From Lytechinus pictus (lineage: Eukaryota), in assembly GCF_037042905.1 (NCBI RefSeq), contig NC_087245.1, positions 2,296,001-2,360,000 on the forward strand: a stretch of DNA of 64,000 bases, read 5' to 3'. A program made the position numbers and the translations under genes. The notes under the pieces are model-generated. The model did no database searches. It saw only the letters and a program-made list of their open reading frames with translations, and was not told where the DNA came from. This document shows positions 48,500-63,015 of this stretch, piece by piece (positions within the stretch are counted from its first letter, which is position 1; each line of letters begins with the position of its first letter).

Positions 48500-48830
48500 T
48501 AAATTTAACAACCTTTGACCTTGACAATGGGACCTACATCTCATACAAGATGATCAGCAATATTAGATTACCCTTATGTCCAAGTTTCATGAAATAGGCG
48601 GATATAATTTCAAAGTTATTATATATCCGGAAACTAATCTTGGTTAAGATTCGAAATTTTGATATCCCAACATGGTCAAAGTTAATTGACCCCAAATTAC
48701 CTTTGACCTTGACCAGGTGACCTGCAACTTGAGCAGGATCATCAGTGATGTCAAAGTTTTATTAAAGAGGTCCCGATAAGTTATGGTGATATTTCAAAAC
48801 TTAAATTTGGTTGAGATTTCAACATTCACA
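48500..48830. repeat. HINE-type GACCTTTGACC remnant (similar remnants at 50700-51470)
   Basis: ACCTTTGACCTTGAC and CCAAGTTTCATGAA motifs in ~190-bp units. Confidence 0.5.
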
Positions 48831-49464
48831 ATCTCTTACAAGACAAAATAGTATTGAAAACTGATATTTATATCTATCATGGGTTGCCCCACAAGTCACA
48901 ATAGAAACTACCATATTATTTTCATATTTCATATGATCAACATTATTTTAAAACTCAATATACACTATATAGCCAAAGTCATAGATCATAATTCACATTT
49001 TTGACCATTTTCATTAAATTTCAACTAACAGAAAGTTAAACTTTTATTTTCTAAGATTACATCTAATAAATATAAAATGTTATGCTGCAATGGCAATTGA
49101 GTGGTATCTTCATATTCAACTGGTTCAATTGTAAACAACTCTTTAAAAACTAATGATCTACATGTATGCTACCTGAAAATCTTTACTACAGTAGAGGAAA
49201 TCATTAAATTGCTGTAAAATTGTACTTTCAGCATGAGCAGATGTGTTTATTGACAATAACCATGGCAAAATGCTAACTCTGGGGGCGCCATATTGATGAC
49301 GTCATTTGAGAATGTTCCCAATGATATTTTCTGAGTAATTCACATATGGAATATTGCCAGGGCATATACTTTTATGAAAAGTAAAAACTGCTTGTTATAC
49401 GAAAGTTGCCAGTTAAGCCATTTTTAAGCCACTTCTTTTAGCTTTCTGCCGTCTTGTAGCTACA

Positions 49465-50180
49465 CAGTCCGACCTCTCTTATTCGGCCTCCCCTTATCCG
49501 GACGCACACTTGTGGAGATTTTTTTTTTCCTTTTAATCTATTACATGGGAAAATGAGATTTCAATCTATAAACTCAAAATTCCTACGCAAACTTACGTTG
49601 ATTACATACATGTACATTTTCCAATATAGTCTACCTACAACCACATCAATTTTTATGAAAATGTCTTAGTACCAAATCACCGAAAAAACTTAGGATAATT
49701 TTCCAGTAAATGGGGGTGCAGCACAATTATTTCATCACATTCTCCTTTTCTCCGGGAAAATCAACACATGTCTCACTAGCTAGAGCTAGGCCTTGATACG
49801 GACAGCGCCATCTTTCATGTTTAAGCCTATAGTTATAACAATGGCTGACTTTGCGAAGCTACGATAATCGCCGCAATGATAAAATTTAAAACTTAGTTTC
49901 ATCGAGTCATTTTCTTTCTTTTGGGGTATGCTCAATGTATACCACAATCATTTCAGTAGGTAAAATATCCACGCATTTTGATAACCAATCGATATAATTT
50001 CTGTTAAAAAAAACGTCTATAACCTGTACTGTCTGTACGCCCACTACGATAGATTACGTGTAGCTGCCATAGGGGAGGCAGCTGCGTGTACATGTATTCA
50101 ATATTGGGTCTCTCAGATCCGGATAAATCCCTTATTCGGATTGGTGCTGGTTATGTGTCCAGATAAGAGAGGTTGGACTG
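49465..50180. mobile_element. pogo/Tigger-like MITE
   Basis: CAGTCCGACCTCTCTTAT ... ATAAGAGAGGTTGGACTG-TA, with subterminal CCCTTATCCGGA repeats. Confidence 0.75.
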
Positions 50181-51090
50181 TATCTGCTATCTCCTATAGG
50201 GCATGGACCCTCAAGGAGCCATATTCATTTCCCTATAATAAATGTGACAAACATTCACAAACATTACCTGTAGTTAATAGTCACAAGCAGTTTCCCCAAA
50301 GCCTCCTTGTAACTTTCAAACAAAAGGTTAAACATGGCATGGATGGTACAAATTTTGATGAATCAAACTGTTAAGAAAGCCATGTGCAGAAAACAATTCC
50401 ATTTTTGTCCTAAATCTACAGCTGTCACAAAATTTCCCTAAAAGAGAAATGAGTTATTACTCACCTTAAATTGTCCTTTGTCACTCAAAAGCCTGGAACC
50501 CCCAACACAGAAAAAGAAATATTACTTTGTTTAAACCCCTTTCCCTTCTGTCCCTTCTCCTTCATTTACAACCCAACCATCAAGAAATGTTAATATCTTT
50601 CCCTTTCCCTTGTTTTAGGACCAAACAAAACTTTGATAAATGAAATATTTCAAATTTTGTAATTAAACAAGGGTGGTTCATGAACCACAAGTTTCAGCTG
50701 ATTTCGCGCAATCACTAAAATATGCAATATGATCTTTTGACCTTTAGATGATCTTTCACCCTATGATCCTAAAGAACACAATTGTGGTTATACCCAATGA
50801 TTACAATATTATGCCAAGTTGATTCAGATGTAAATAAATTAGAGCAATTTGAAAAAAGAACTTGAGAAAGAATGGATATAACCTCATAATATTTGACTTT
50901 TGTGACTGGATGACCTTTGACCCTCATCATAAAGAACATTTGTACCAAGTGTAAACAATATTTATGCAGAAATAAAGAAATGAGAGCAGTTTAAAAAACA
51001 ATTGTGACCTTTTTGACACCTACATGTAGATGACTGGTGACCCCATTATACTCAACAACATATATGTGGTATTACCAATGGATCAATTGT

Positions 51091-51375
51091 AATAATAATA
51101 ATGATAATAATAATAATGGGCATTTATATAGCGCCATCTATCTAGAAATATTCTATTCCGAGGTGCGTTGTTATTATTATTACCCCGGCTTTAGCTTGAG
51201 CTTTCTTTCAGCGCTCATGCATTCAAGGAATTAATCCTGCCGGGTACCCATGCACGAGTGCAGCACAATGTGGATAAATTTCTTGCTGAAGGAAATTACG
51301 CCATGGCTGGGATTCGAACCCATGACCCTCTGTTTCAAAGTCAGAAGACTAATCCACTGGGCCACAACGCTCCAC
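51091..51375 (-). mobile_element. tRNA-derived SINE with an (ATT)n tail
   Basis: Reverse-complement head GTGGAGCGTTGTGGCCCAGTGG (A box) ... GGTTCGAATCC (B box). The 3' end is GCGCTATATAAATG + (ATT)n. Confidence 0.85.
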
Positions 51376-51479
51376 ATTGTACCAAGTATGAACCAATTGT
51401 ACTAATTATGAACATAATTGATGCAGAAATAAATGACCTTTTGACCCTTAAATGACCTTTGATCCCATCATCCTTCAGG

Positions 51480-52908
51480 GGCGGGGGGCCGACTAAAATT
51501 TAAACCACATTTTCCCTGATCTGCCGCTCAAAGATTATTTTTGTTTGTTTCTTCGAAGGGGTAGTCCTAAAAGTCTCTTCTTAGCTTTATTCTTATAAAA
51601 CAACATAGATATGTACATGTAATAATCGTATAAGCCCTATTAATATATTGGGAGCACGAAGCACAAGCAATTTTTTTTTGAAATTTTATGTATTTTGTCC
51701 TGAAAATTAAACATTCTATGCAATGTTTGTGATCCTAACAAGATGCATAATAAGATGATTACCGCGAGCGTGAAGCACGAGCAGAACTTTTTAATATACG
51801 TTCTGGCCTGATCAAAAAGGGGGCCTGTTAAGGACTCTCTGCAGTAAGCCATAAAGACTATACATACTTCAACAATTAAATAACGCGAGCTAGTAATTTT
51901 TGACATTCTGACCTACAAAATTGACATTCTAAGTACTTTTTGTAATTTGGAATGGGATATACAATCATTTGATGCGAGTGTGAAGCAAGAGCGGAAAAAT
52001 TGAGATTCGAACCTAAAAATGGGATACCGTATCACGTTTTGTAAATCATACAATGGATGGGTAATTGGTCCTCTCACATTAATAATGCAAGCATGAAGCG
52101 TAAGCAGAAAAATTGTGATATTCTGATCTGAAACTGGATAACTTAACCACGTTTAAAATAATAAACCAGCTTTCAACAAACATGCATGCATGTGTTTTAG
52201 ATTTAGACCTAAAATTTGGGCATTCTGAATACCGGTACATTATTATCATGAAAATCAATAATGTGAGTGCGAAGCGTGAGCTGAAAATATTTGATATTCC
52301 AATCGTTTAAAATATTCCACTTTTAAAATAATAAACCAGCTCTCAACAAACATGCATGCATGCATGTGTTTTAGATTTAGACCTAGAATTTTGGCATTCT
52401 GAATACCGGTACATTATTATCATGAAAATCAATAATGTGAGTGCGAAGCGCGAGCTGAAAATATTTGATATTCCAATCTGAAAAGGATCAAATTAAGCAC
52501 TATGTGGAAAAAACTGTTAAGTGGATGTGGATAGCACTGAAAAAATGAAACGAGCACGAAGCACGAGCCCCGGGGGGAGGGAGTCAAATGTATTGCTGTA
52601 CACTCGCATGGCCAAATTATTTCCAATATTAAACACCCCCTAAACAAATATTTTTAATTTTTACCTGGGACCTGGAAATTAAAATGACATGAAAGTTTTA
52701 TAATCTTATTTATTAATCTGATAAGCTTTTATGAGAATTTTTTTTTTGATATTAATGCCTGAAAACTGGACATTTTAAGCACTTTTGTACATATGAATAT
52801 GATGAATGGGTTTATATATTTTCAACAATCAATGCAAGGACACCTTTTTTTGGTTGCCAAAAAAAGGAGGGGGCGGGGCTGGCATGGCCCCCCTTGGATC
52901 CGCGCCTG
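51480..52908. mobile_element. Non-autonomous element with internal GCGAAGCGCGAGC tandem units
   Basis: GAGCGCGAAGCGCGAGC variants recur every ~110-180 bp, 52150-52305 is duplicated at 52322-52478, and the element ends GGATCCGCGCCTG. A related fragment lies at 1195-1640. Confidence 0.6.
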
Positions 52909-53989
52909 TCCTCAACACACATGTGGTATTACCCTAGGATCACATTAACCAAGTCGAACATAACTGATCAATAGAAAGATAAGAGCGAGTTGAACAAAAA
53001 CTGTTAACATTTTTGTAACAGACCAATGGGCTTACAGATGGTGGAGTGAGCGATTTTCTTAAACATAGGTCCTCACTGGCCAAATAATCAGATATCACAA
53101 AAACAAATGCCATCGTGCAGAGGTCATCCATACATCCAAAATTATTTTGGGTCGGGAGGCAGCAATCAACTTCAAGACATCAACAGAACATCTGATGATA
53201 ATTCCCGACAATCACACAGTGCTCGTGCGATAGCCGAACATCGCATGATTATAGGTGGAGTATGATCGTTATGACATTATATGATGCCTAGGCGATTGTC
53301 GGCCGATTTAATTTCCCGAGTGGCATCTGCTTGTGTTGTGTAGTGTACAAAAACACTGAAATTGCACATGCGAAATGACACGGTTTATAAAGAGCCTCCA
53401 GCGCATCTCTAATCACTGACCATTGTCCGGCCAAGGTTAATCACATTGGTTAAACATCGATCATACATCAAGGAATACTGGTTGGACATCCATCGGTTAG
53501 TGAATAATGTCCAAACAGACATCGATCGATAATCCTGACCAATATCTACTCTCAAGGACTTGACTTCCAATGCTAGGGACACCGGTCGATTCAAGGCTGG
53601 ACATCAGACGATACCTAAACGATGTATCAAGGATGGATGGGCGATTAGAAAAATCAGTGGAGAAATCAGAAAATTGTATCACCCAGCCACAGCCTTTGTA
53701 CGATGACCATGGGTTTCAAGTCGGCAACCAAGCCAAAATGGCAACAAAAAAACACATCACAAACCTGTTTGGACTGGAAAATGACAGAGCTATAACAGAC
53801 CAATGGACTAAGTGACCAACAGGAAAACTGGTTACTGGTCTCTGTGAACTTTGTTCAGGCGAGACAAAAAAAGGGGGGCTGAAATGAAAGCCAAAATTTG
53901 AAAGTTTTAAAATTGTGGGTCGAGCACGATTTCCATATGAACCCCCCCCCCCCCGCATCTTTCCCAACAAACTAACCGACTTGGCAATA

Positions 53990-56900
53990 CTTCATTTCAC
54001 CTACAGTTTGGAAGATTTTGCCTGGTAAGCGTATATATGTACATGCAATTCACAGGCCACCATCTCCCAGCCAGAATGTTGTTTAACTATGAAAAAAAAT
54101 ATATATGACCGGGCCTGGCTGTTAACCTTCAGTTTTAAACAGCAAGGCCCTGTAGGCACATATTTCGCAGGTCACCATTTCCCAATCAGAATCTACTCAA
54201 ACTATCCTCCCTCCCCCAAATCCTAAAAGAAAATTCTGACTGGGTGTAGTCATTCACCTACAGTTCAAGGAACTTTGCCCAGTAGGCACATTATTCAAAG
54301 ACCACCATCTCCCAGCCAAAATGTATGGAAAGTATTATTGATACTATAAAAAAAAAAAATCCCTCCCTTCCCTTCCCCTATCCTACAAAAACATCTGACT
54401 GGGCGTGGCCGTTGACCTAAGTCAAGAGATGTTGCCTAGTGCGCACATAATTCACAGGCCACCATCTCCCCAGCAAAATGTATGTAAACTAAAACTGCAC
54501 TTAAACCATAAAAAAAAAACTTCCTACTCCCTCCCTTCCCCACTATCCAAAAACCTATCATCTGACTGGGCGTGGCCGTTCACCTACAGTTCAAGGGACA
54601 TTGCCCGGTAGGCACATAATTCACAGGCCACCATCTCCTAGCCAAATGTATGTAAACTAAAACTGCACTAAATCCATTATAAAACTACTCCCTCCCTCCT
54701 CCCCCGAAACCTTGCAACAATATGTACAAATCATCTAACTGGGCGTGGCCGTTCACCTATAGTTCAAGGGACGTTGCCTGGTAGGCACATAATTCACAGG
54801 CCATCTCCCAGCCAAAATGTATGCAAAGTATTATTGAAACTATAAAAAAAAATTCCCTTCCCTCCCTCCCCTGAATCCTAAAAATATAATCTGACTGGGC
54901 GTGGCCGTTCACCTACAATTCAAGGGACGTTGCCCGGTAGGCACATAATTCACAGACCACCATCTCCCAGCTCAAATGTATGTAAAGTATTATTAAAACT
55001 ATTGAAAAATATCCCTCCCCTCCCCTCCCTGCCTCTCCCCAATCCTAAAAAAAACATCTGACTTGGTGTGGCCGTTCACCTAGTTCAAGGGAAGTTGCCC
55101 GGTACGCACATAGTTCACAGGCCACCATCTCCCAGCCAAATGTATGTAAACTAAAACCATTATAAAACTACTCCCTCCCTCCTCCCCCCAAACCTGGCAA
55201 CAATATGTACAAATCATCTAACTGGGCGTGGCTGTTCGCCTATAGTTCAAGGGACGTTGCCTGGTAGGCACATAATTCACAGACCACAATCTCCCAGCCT
55301 AAATGTATGCAAAGTATTATTGAAACTATTGAAAAAAAATCCCTCCCCTCCCTCCCCTGAAACCTAAAAATATCATCTGACTGGGCGTGGCCGTTCACCT
55401 ACAGTTCAAGGGGCTTTGCCCGGTAGGCACATAATTCACAGACCACCATCTCCCAGCTCAAATGTATGTAAAATATTATTAAAACTATTGAAAAATTTCC
55501 CCCCCCCCCCCTTCCCCCAATCCTAAAAAAACCAAATAGTTCAACGGACGTTGCCCAGTGGGCACATAAATCACAACCCACCATTTCCCAACAAAAATGT
55601 TGCAACTATGTAGTAAAGTCGATTAAAAACATCCCTCCCCCTTGCCCCTGGCAATATTCCGAAAAATTTATCTGACTGGTTCGTGTGGCCGTTAACCTGT
55701 AGTTCAACGGACGTTGCCCAGTCGGCACATAACTCACAACCCATCGTTTCTTTACAAAAATATGGCAACTATGTAGTAAAGCCGATTAAAAACATCCCTC
55801 TCCCTACCCCATGGCAACATTCCGAAAAATTTATCTGACTGTTACGTGTGGCCGTTAACCTAGAGTTCAAGGGAAGTTGCCCGGTACGCACATAATTCAC
55901 AGGCCACAAGCTTCCAGCCAAAGTTAATGTAAACTAAAACTGTTAAAACTTAAAAACGTCCTTCACCCTACCTCTTCCCCCCTCCCCACCCTGGCAACAA
56001 TCTCAACAAATCCTCCGATTGCATGGACATGGTCGTTCAACGGACGTTGCCCAATGGGCACATAATACACAACATACCATCTCCCAACCAAAATTTATGT
56101 AAACTACTTATTAACACTATGAAAAAACTCCCTCCCCTCCCTTCCCCACTATCCAAAAACATATCATCTGACTGGGCGTGGCCGTTCACCTACAGTTCAA
56201 GGGACATTGCCCGGTAGGCACATAATTCACAGGCCACCATCTCCTAGCCAAATGTATGTAAACTAAAACTGCACTAAATCCATTATAAAACTACTCCCTC
56301 CCTCCTCCCCCGAAACCTTGCAACAATATGTACAAATCATCTAACTGGGCGTGGCTGTTCACCTATAGTTCAAGGGACGTTGCCTGGTAGGCACATAATT
56401 CACAGACCACCATCTCCCGGCCAAAATGTATACAAAGTATTATTGAAACTATAAAAAAAATTCCCTCCCCTCCCTCCCCTGAACCCTAAAAATATAATCT
56501 GACTGGGCGTGGCCGTTCACCTACAGTTCAAGGGACATTGCCCGGTAGGCACATAATTCACAGGCCACCATCTCCTAGCCAAATGTATGTAAACTAAAAC
56601 TGCACTAAATCCATTATAAAACTACTCCCTCCCTCCTCCCCCGAAACCTTGCAGCAATATGTACAAATCATCTGACTGGGCGTGGCCATTCACCTATAGT
56701 TCAAGGGACGTTGCCTGGTAGGCACATAATTCACAGGCCATCTCCCAGCCAAAATGTATGCAAAGTATTATTGAAACTATAAAAAAAAATTCCCTTCCCT
56801 CCCTCCCCTGAACCCTAAAAATATAATCTGACTGGGCGTGGCCGTTCACCTACAATTCAAGGGACGTTGCCCGGTAGGCACATAATTCACAGACCACCAT

Positions 56901-59900
56901 CTCCCAGCTCAAATGTATGTAAAGTATTATTAAAACTATTGAAAAATATCCCTCCCCTCCCCTCCCTGCCTCTCCCCAATCCTAAAAAAAACATCTGACT
57001 TGGTGTGGCCGTTCACCTAGTTAAGGGGAAGTTGCCCGGTACGCACATAGTTCACAGGCCACCATCTTCCAGCCAAAGTTAATGTAAACTAAAACTGTTA
57101 AAACTTAAAAACGTCCTTCACCCTACCTCTTCCCCCCTCCCCACCCTGGCAACAATCTCAACAAATCCTCCCATTGCAAGGACATGGCCGTTCAACGGAC
57201 GTTGCCCAATGGGCACATAATACACAACATACCATCTCCCAACCAAAATTTATGTAAACTATGTATTAAAACTATGAAAAAAATCCCTCCCCTCCCTTCC
57301 TCACTATTAAAAAAACTATCATCTGACTGGGCGTGGCCGTTCACCTACAGTTCAAGGGACATTGCCTGGTAGCCCGGGGGGGCCACTTACATTGACGAGT
57401 GGATACCATGCGCGACCAAAAAAACATGTAAAAAGGATGTCCTTTTCACGATAGGGCACGTTACGTACGTAACGTGATAAGGGTGTCAAAAACACAAAAA
57501 TAATGAAAAAGGGTGTCTATTTCGCTAGGGAAATTACGTGTTTAGGGTCGAATTTGCGGGAATGATAAAACAAAATTAAAATGTTTTATAAAGGATGTCC
57601 ATTTTGCCCCAACACTTCGAGTTTAGAGTCCGATTTGCGCGAGGTGTAGAAGGTGGGGTCGTACTAAACCAAATAAGGTAAAGCCGACGACCGAAGGACC
57701 CGTAACAATAAAATATTCCTGTACTTGTTTAGGGGTTCATTTCAGGGAATATTTGCCAAGAGTATCGTTTTGTTTCCAATACTTGTTGAGGGTAGGGTTT
57801 CACACGCCAATACTTGTTAAAGGGTGCATTTTCAGAATATGGAAATTACGTGTTTAGGGTGCTTTTCGAGACCCCATGGTCGCGCATGGTATCCACTCAT
57901 GAATGGAAGTGGCCCCCCCGGGCCTGGTAGGCACATAATTCACAGGCCACCATCTCCCAGCCAAATGTATGTAAACTAAAACCATTATAAAACTACTCCC
58001 TCCCTCCTCCCCCCAAACCTGGCAACAATATGTACAAATCATCTAACTGGGCGTGGCTGTTCGCCTATAGTTCAAGGGACGTTGCCTGGTAGGCACATAA
58101 TTCACAGACCACCATCTCCCAGCCTAAATGTATGCAAAGTATTATTGAAACTATTGAAAAAAAATCCCTCCCCTCCCTCCCCTGAAACCTAAAAATATCA
58201 TCTGACTGGGCGTGGCCGTTCACCTACAGTTCAAGGGGCTTTGCCCGGTAGGCACATAATTCACAGACCACCATCTCCCAGCTCAAATGTATGTAAGGTA
58301 TTATTAAAACTATTGAAAAATTTCCCCCCCCCCTTCCCCCAATCCTAAAAAAACCAAATAGTTCAACGGACGTTGCCCAGTGGGCACATAAATCACAACC
58401 CACCATTTCCCAACAAAAATGTTGCAACTATGTAGTAAAGTCGATTAAAAACATCCCTCCCCCTTGCCCCTGGCAATATTCCGAAAAATTTATCTCACTG
58501 GTTCGTGTGGCCGTTAACCTAGAGTTCAAGGGAAGTTGCCCGGTACGCACATAGTTCACAGGCCACCATCTTCCAGCCAAAGTTAATGTAAACTAAAACT
58601 GTTAAAACTCAAAAATGTCCTTCACCCTACCTCTTCCCCCCTCCCCACCCTGGCAACAATCTCAACAAATCCTCCGATTGCATGGACATGGCCGTTTAAC
58701 GAACGTTGTCAAATGGGCACATTATACACAATACACCATCTCCCAACCAAAATTTAAGAAAACTACGTATTAAAACTATGAAAAAACTCCCTCCCCCACT
58801 ATCCAAAAAACTATCATCTGACTGGGCGTGGCTGTTCACCTACAGTTCAAGGGACATTGCCCAGTGGGCACATAAATCACAACCCACCATTTCCCAACAA
58901 AAATGTTGCAACTATGTAGTAAAGTCGATTAAAAACATCCCTCCCCCTTGCCCCTGGCAACATTCCGAAAAATTTATCTGACTGGTTCGTGTGGCCGTTA
59001 ACCTAGAGTTCAAGGGAAGTTGCCCGGTACGCACATAGTTCACAGGCCACCATCTTCCAGCCAAAGTTAATGTAAACTAAAACTTTTAAAACTTAAAAAT
59101 GTCCTTCACCCTACCTCTTCCCCCCTCCCCACCCTGGCAACAATCTCAACAAATCCTCTGATTGCATGGACATGGCCGTTCAACGGACGTTGCCAAATGG
59201 GCACATTATACACAATGCACCATCTCCCAACCAATATTTAAGTAAACTACGTATTAAAACTATGAAAAAACTCCCTCCCCCACTATCCAAAAAACTATCA
59301 TCTGACTGGGCGTGGCCGTTCACCTACAGTTCAAGGGACATTGCCCGGTAGGCATATAATTCACAGGCCACCATCTCCCAGCCAAACAAATATATGTAAA
59401 CTAAAACTGCACCAAACCATTATAAAACTACTCCCTCCCTCCTCCCCCTAAACCTGGCAACAATCTGTACAAATCATCTGACTGGGCGTGGCCGTTCATC
59501 TATAGTTCAAGGGACGTTGCCCGGTAGGCACATAATTCACAGGCCATTTCCCAGCCAAAATGTATGTAAAGTGTTATTGAAACTATAAAAAAAAAAACTC
59601 CCTCCCCTCCCTCCCCCGAACCCTAAAAATATCATCTGACTGGGTGTGGCCGTTCACCTACAGTTCAAGGGGCTTTGCCCGGTAGGCACATAATTCACAG
59701 ACCACCATTTCCCAGCCGAAATGTATGTAAAATGATATTAAAACTATCTAAAAATAACCCTCCCCTCCCTTCCCCCCAATCCTAAAAAAAAACCCATCTG
59801 ACTGGGTGTGGCCGTTCACCTAAGTCAAGGGATGTTGCCCAGTGCGCACATAATTCACAGGCCACCATCTCCCCAGCAAAATGTATGTAAAGTATTATTG

Positions 59901-61450
59901 AAACTATAAAAAAAATCCCTCCCCTCCCTCCCCTGAACCCTAAAATATCATCTGACTGGGCGTGGCCGTTCACCTACAGTTCAAGGGACATTGCCCGGTA
60001 GGCACATAATTCACAGGCCACCATCTCCCAGCCAAACAAATATATGTAAACTAAAACTGCACCAAACCATTATAAAACTACTCCCTCCCTCCTCCCCCTA
60101 AACCTGGCAACAATCTGTACAAATCATCTGACTGGGCGTGGCCATTCATCTATAGTTCAAGGGACGTTGCCCGGTAGGCACATAATTCACAGGCCATTTC
60201 CCAGCCAAAATGTATGTAAAGTATTATTGAAACTATAAAAAAAAATCCCTCCCCTCCCTCCCCTGAACCCTAAAATATCATCTGACTGGGTGTGGCCCTA
60301 ATTCACAGGCCACCATCTCCCCAGCAAAATGTATGTAAACTAAAACTGCACTTAAACCATTAAAAAACATCCTACTTCCTCCCTCTTACCCCAAACCTGG
60401 CAACAATTTGTACAAATCATCTTACTGCATGTGGCCGTTCACCTATAGTTCAACGGACGTTGCCCAGTCGGCACATAACTCACAACCCAACCAAAAATGT
60501 TGCAACTACTGTATGTATTCCGAACAAATGCATCTGACTGGTACGTGTGGCCGTTCACCTAGAGTTCAAGGGAAGTTGCCCGGTACGCACATAGTTCACA
60601 GGCCACCATCTTCCAGCCAAAGTTAATGTAAACTAAAACTTTTAAAACTTAAAAATGTCCTTCACCCTACCTCTTCCCCCCTCCCCACCCTGGCAACAAT
60701 CTCAACAAATCCTCCGATTGCACGGACATGGCCGTTCAACGGACGTTGCCAAATGGGCACATTATACACAATGCACCATCTCCCAACCAAAATTTATGTT
60801 AACTACTTATTAACACTATGAAAAAACATCTCTCCCCTCCCTCCCTCACTATTAAAAAAACTATCATCTGACTGGGCGTGGCCGTTCACCTACAGTTCAA
60901 GGGACATTGGCCGGTAGGCACATAATTCACAGGCCACCATCTCCCAGCCAAAATTTATGCAAACTACTTATTAACACTATGAAAAAACATCCCTCCCCCA
61001 CTATAAAAAACCCATCTGACTGGGTGTGGCCGTTCACCTACAGTTCAAGGGGCATTGCCCGGTAGGAACATAATTCACAGGCCACCATTTCCCAGGCAAA
61101 ATGTATGTTAACTAGTTATCAAAACTTTAAGAAACATCCCTTCCCCTCCCCTCACCCCTGGCAACAATCAAATTTTCTGAATGTGCGTGGGCGTTCACCT
61201 ACAATTAAAGGGATGTTGTACAGTAGACACATAATTCTTCTAGCAGAAATGTTAACAAACTATGCACTAAAACTAAATATATCTGATTGAACATGTCTTT
61301 AACATACAGTTTGTAGGCAAGATCCCAATAAGGGACACATAATTCACAGATCACCATCTCTAAGCAAGGTATTAACTAAAGCTACATATATCTTTTAATC
61401 TGAATGGCCGAGGCTGTTTACCTAAATTAATAAGGGGAATGCAGGACCTT
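53990..61450. repeat. Satellite array, ~155-175-bp monomers with higher-order blocks
   Basis: The core CTGACTGGGCGTGGCCGTTCACCTACAGTTCAAGGGACATTGCCCGGTAGGCACATAATTCACAGGCCACCATCTCCCAGCC is repeated about 40 times, with degenerate units out to ~62270. Confidence 0.95.
57373..57922 (-). mobile_element. Young 550-bp CCCGGG-terminus MITE with an 8-bp TSD, copy 2
   Basis: CCTGGTAG-CCCGGG...CCCGGG-CCTGGTAG inside a satellite monomer. It is the reverse complement of 40756-41306. Confidence 0.95.
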
Positions 61451-61848
61451 ACAAACATCATTAGACTATGATCTAGGCACAGACAACAGCTTTTGTCTTA
61501 GACTATAACAGTCTCATGCTATTTTGCGAAAAGTCAGCAATACGTCTGATGCAGATGAATACAAACCGTGGCTGGAAAAGCGCCACCACCTATATATTCC
61601 GGTCTTGCATTATTGTTTTAGAACTCAAATAAACCAACTCCCAATTCCCCTAACTTCCTTACCTTTCACTGCCCCCCCCCCCCAGAACAATCTAAACTAA
61701 TCAACTGACAGGGCATGACCGTTCCCCTACAACTTCAGGGCCAAGACCCTGTATGCAGATAATTCACTAGCTACCATTTTCTAGCAAGAATCAATGTAAA
61801 CCATGCAAACTATCTATAAAAATATGACTGGGTGTGGCTGTTCACAGA

Positions 61849-62148
61849 GGTCCGTATTCTAAAGTCAGGTTTAACTTAAACTCAGGTTTAAAGTTTTGGT
61901 TAAGTATGGGAAGTATCAGAATTTGTATCAGAAATTGTATCAGAAGTTGTATGTTTCCTATGTTTACTGTGCTCTTTTCTGATTCATCGATGGTGAAGAC
62001 AATCATCTTTTTATACTTCCTACACAATTATGAATGATTTGAGAGCCGAATGAGCTAAAGTATGATATCTCTACTGTTAGTGATTTATGTAACAATTGGC
62101 TGTCCATACTTAAACCACAACTTTAAACCCGACTTCAGAATGCGGGCC
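61849..62148. mobile_element. PIF/Harbinger-like MITE
   Basis: GGTCCGTATTCTAAAGTCAGGTTTAA ... TTAAACCCGACTTCAGAATGCGGGCC. It splits a degenerate satellite unit (GTTCAC|TACAGTT). Confidence 0.7.
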
Positions 62149-63015
62149 ATACAGTTTAACAATGGCCACCATCTCCCAGCAACTAATCTACGCTACATAT
62201 CTGACAGGGAGTGGCCACCAAGGGACAAGTTCCCGTAGGCACATACTGCACAAACCCCATTATCAAAGCAAGGTCATCCCCATTACTACTACAGTTTAAT
62301 GCACAAAGCAAAAAAAAACAAAAAAACGACTGACACAGTGGGTATACCTTTCACTTAGACTAGACATATCTAGGCATATGGGGGGGGGGTATCGGGGCCC
62401 GCCCCCCCCCCCCCTGGTACCCGGAAATGGGGGTGCCAAAAAGAAGAAAAGGGAGGAAAAGAAAAGGGGGGAAAAAGGGAAGGAAAGAAGAGAAAGAGAA
62501 AAAAAAGAGGGAAAGGGGCATGCCGAATTGATGTTCAAACTAGGGGGGAGGGCGCTGAATTGAAGTTCGTCATAGGGGTGCCGATTTGATCTTCAACCTA
62601 GGGGGCGCCAAATTATGTTCTACCTAGGGGGGCCGAATCAGAGTTTGAAATAGGGGTCAAGCCAATTTATGTTCGACAAAGGGGGCGCCTAATTGATGTT
62701 CAAACTTGGGAGGGGGGCACTGAATTGAAGTTCGACATAGGGGTGCCGAATGGAAGTTCGACATATGGGCGCCGAATTGATGTTCAACATAGGGGGGCGC
62801 TGAATTGAAATTTGATATATGGGCACCGGATTGATCTTCAACCTAAGGTGGTGAACTGATGTTCAATCAAGGGGCGCTGAATTGATGTTTCGACATAGGG
62901 GGGCCGAATTGAAGTTCGTCACAGGGGCTCCGAATTCATCTTCAACCTGGGGGCGCCGAATCAATTTTCTACCTAGGGGCGCAGAATTGAAGTTCGACAT
63001 AGGGGGAGCCTAATT

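Noticed and set aside
53990..61450. CRISPR array, retrozyme or repetitive protein gene
   Set aside because: The spacers fall into a few recurring types, I found no CTGANGA/GAAA hammerhead core, and the ORFs are short by-products of the repeat.
62296..62563. Lys/Glu-rich and Phe/Ser-rich ORFs
   Set aside because: They come from a low-complexity purine tract inside a repeat element.
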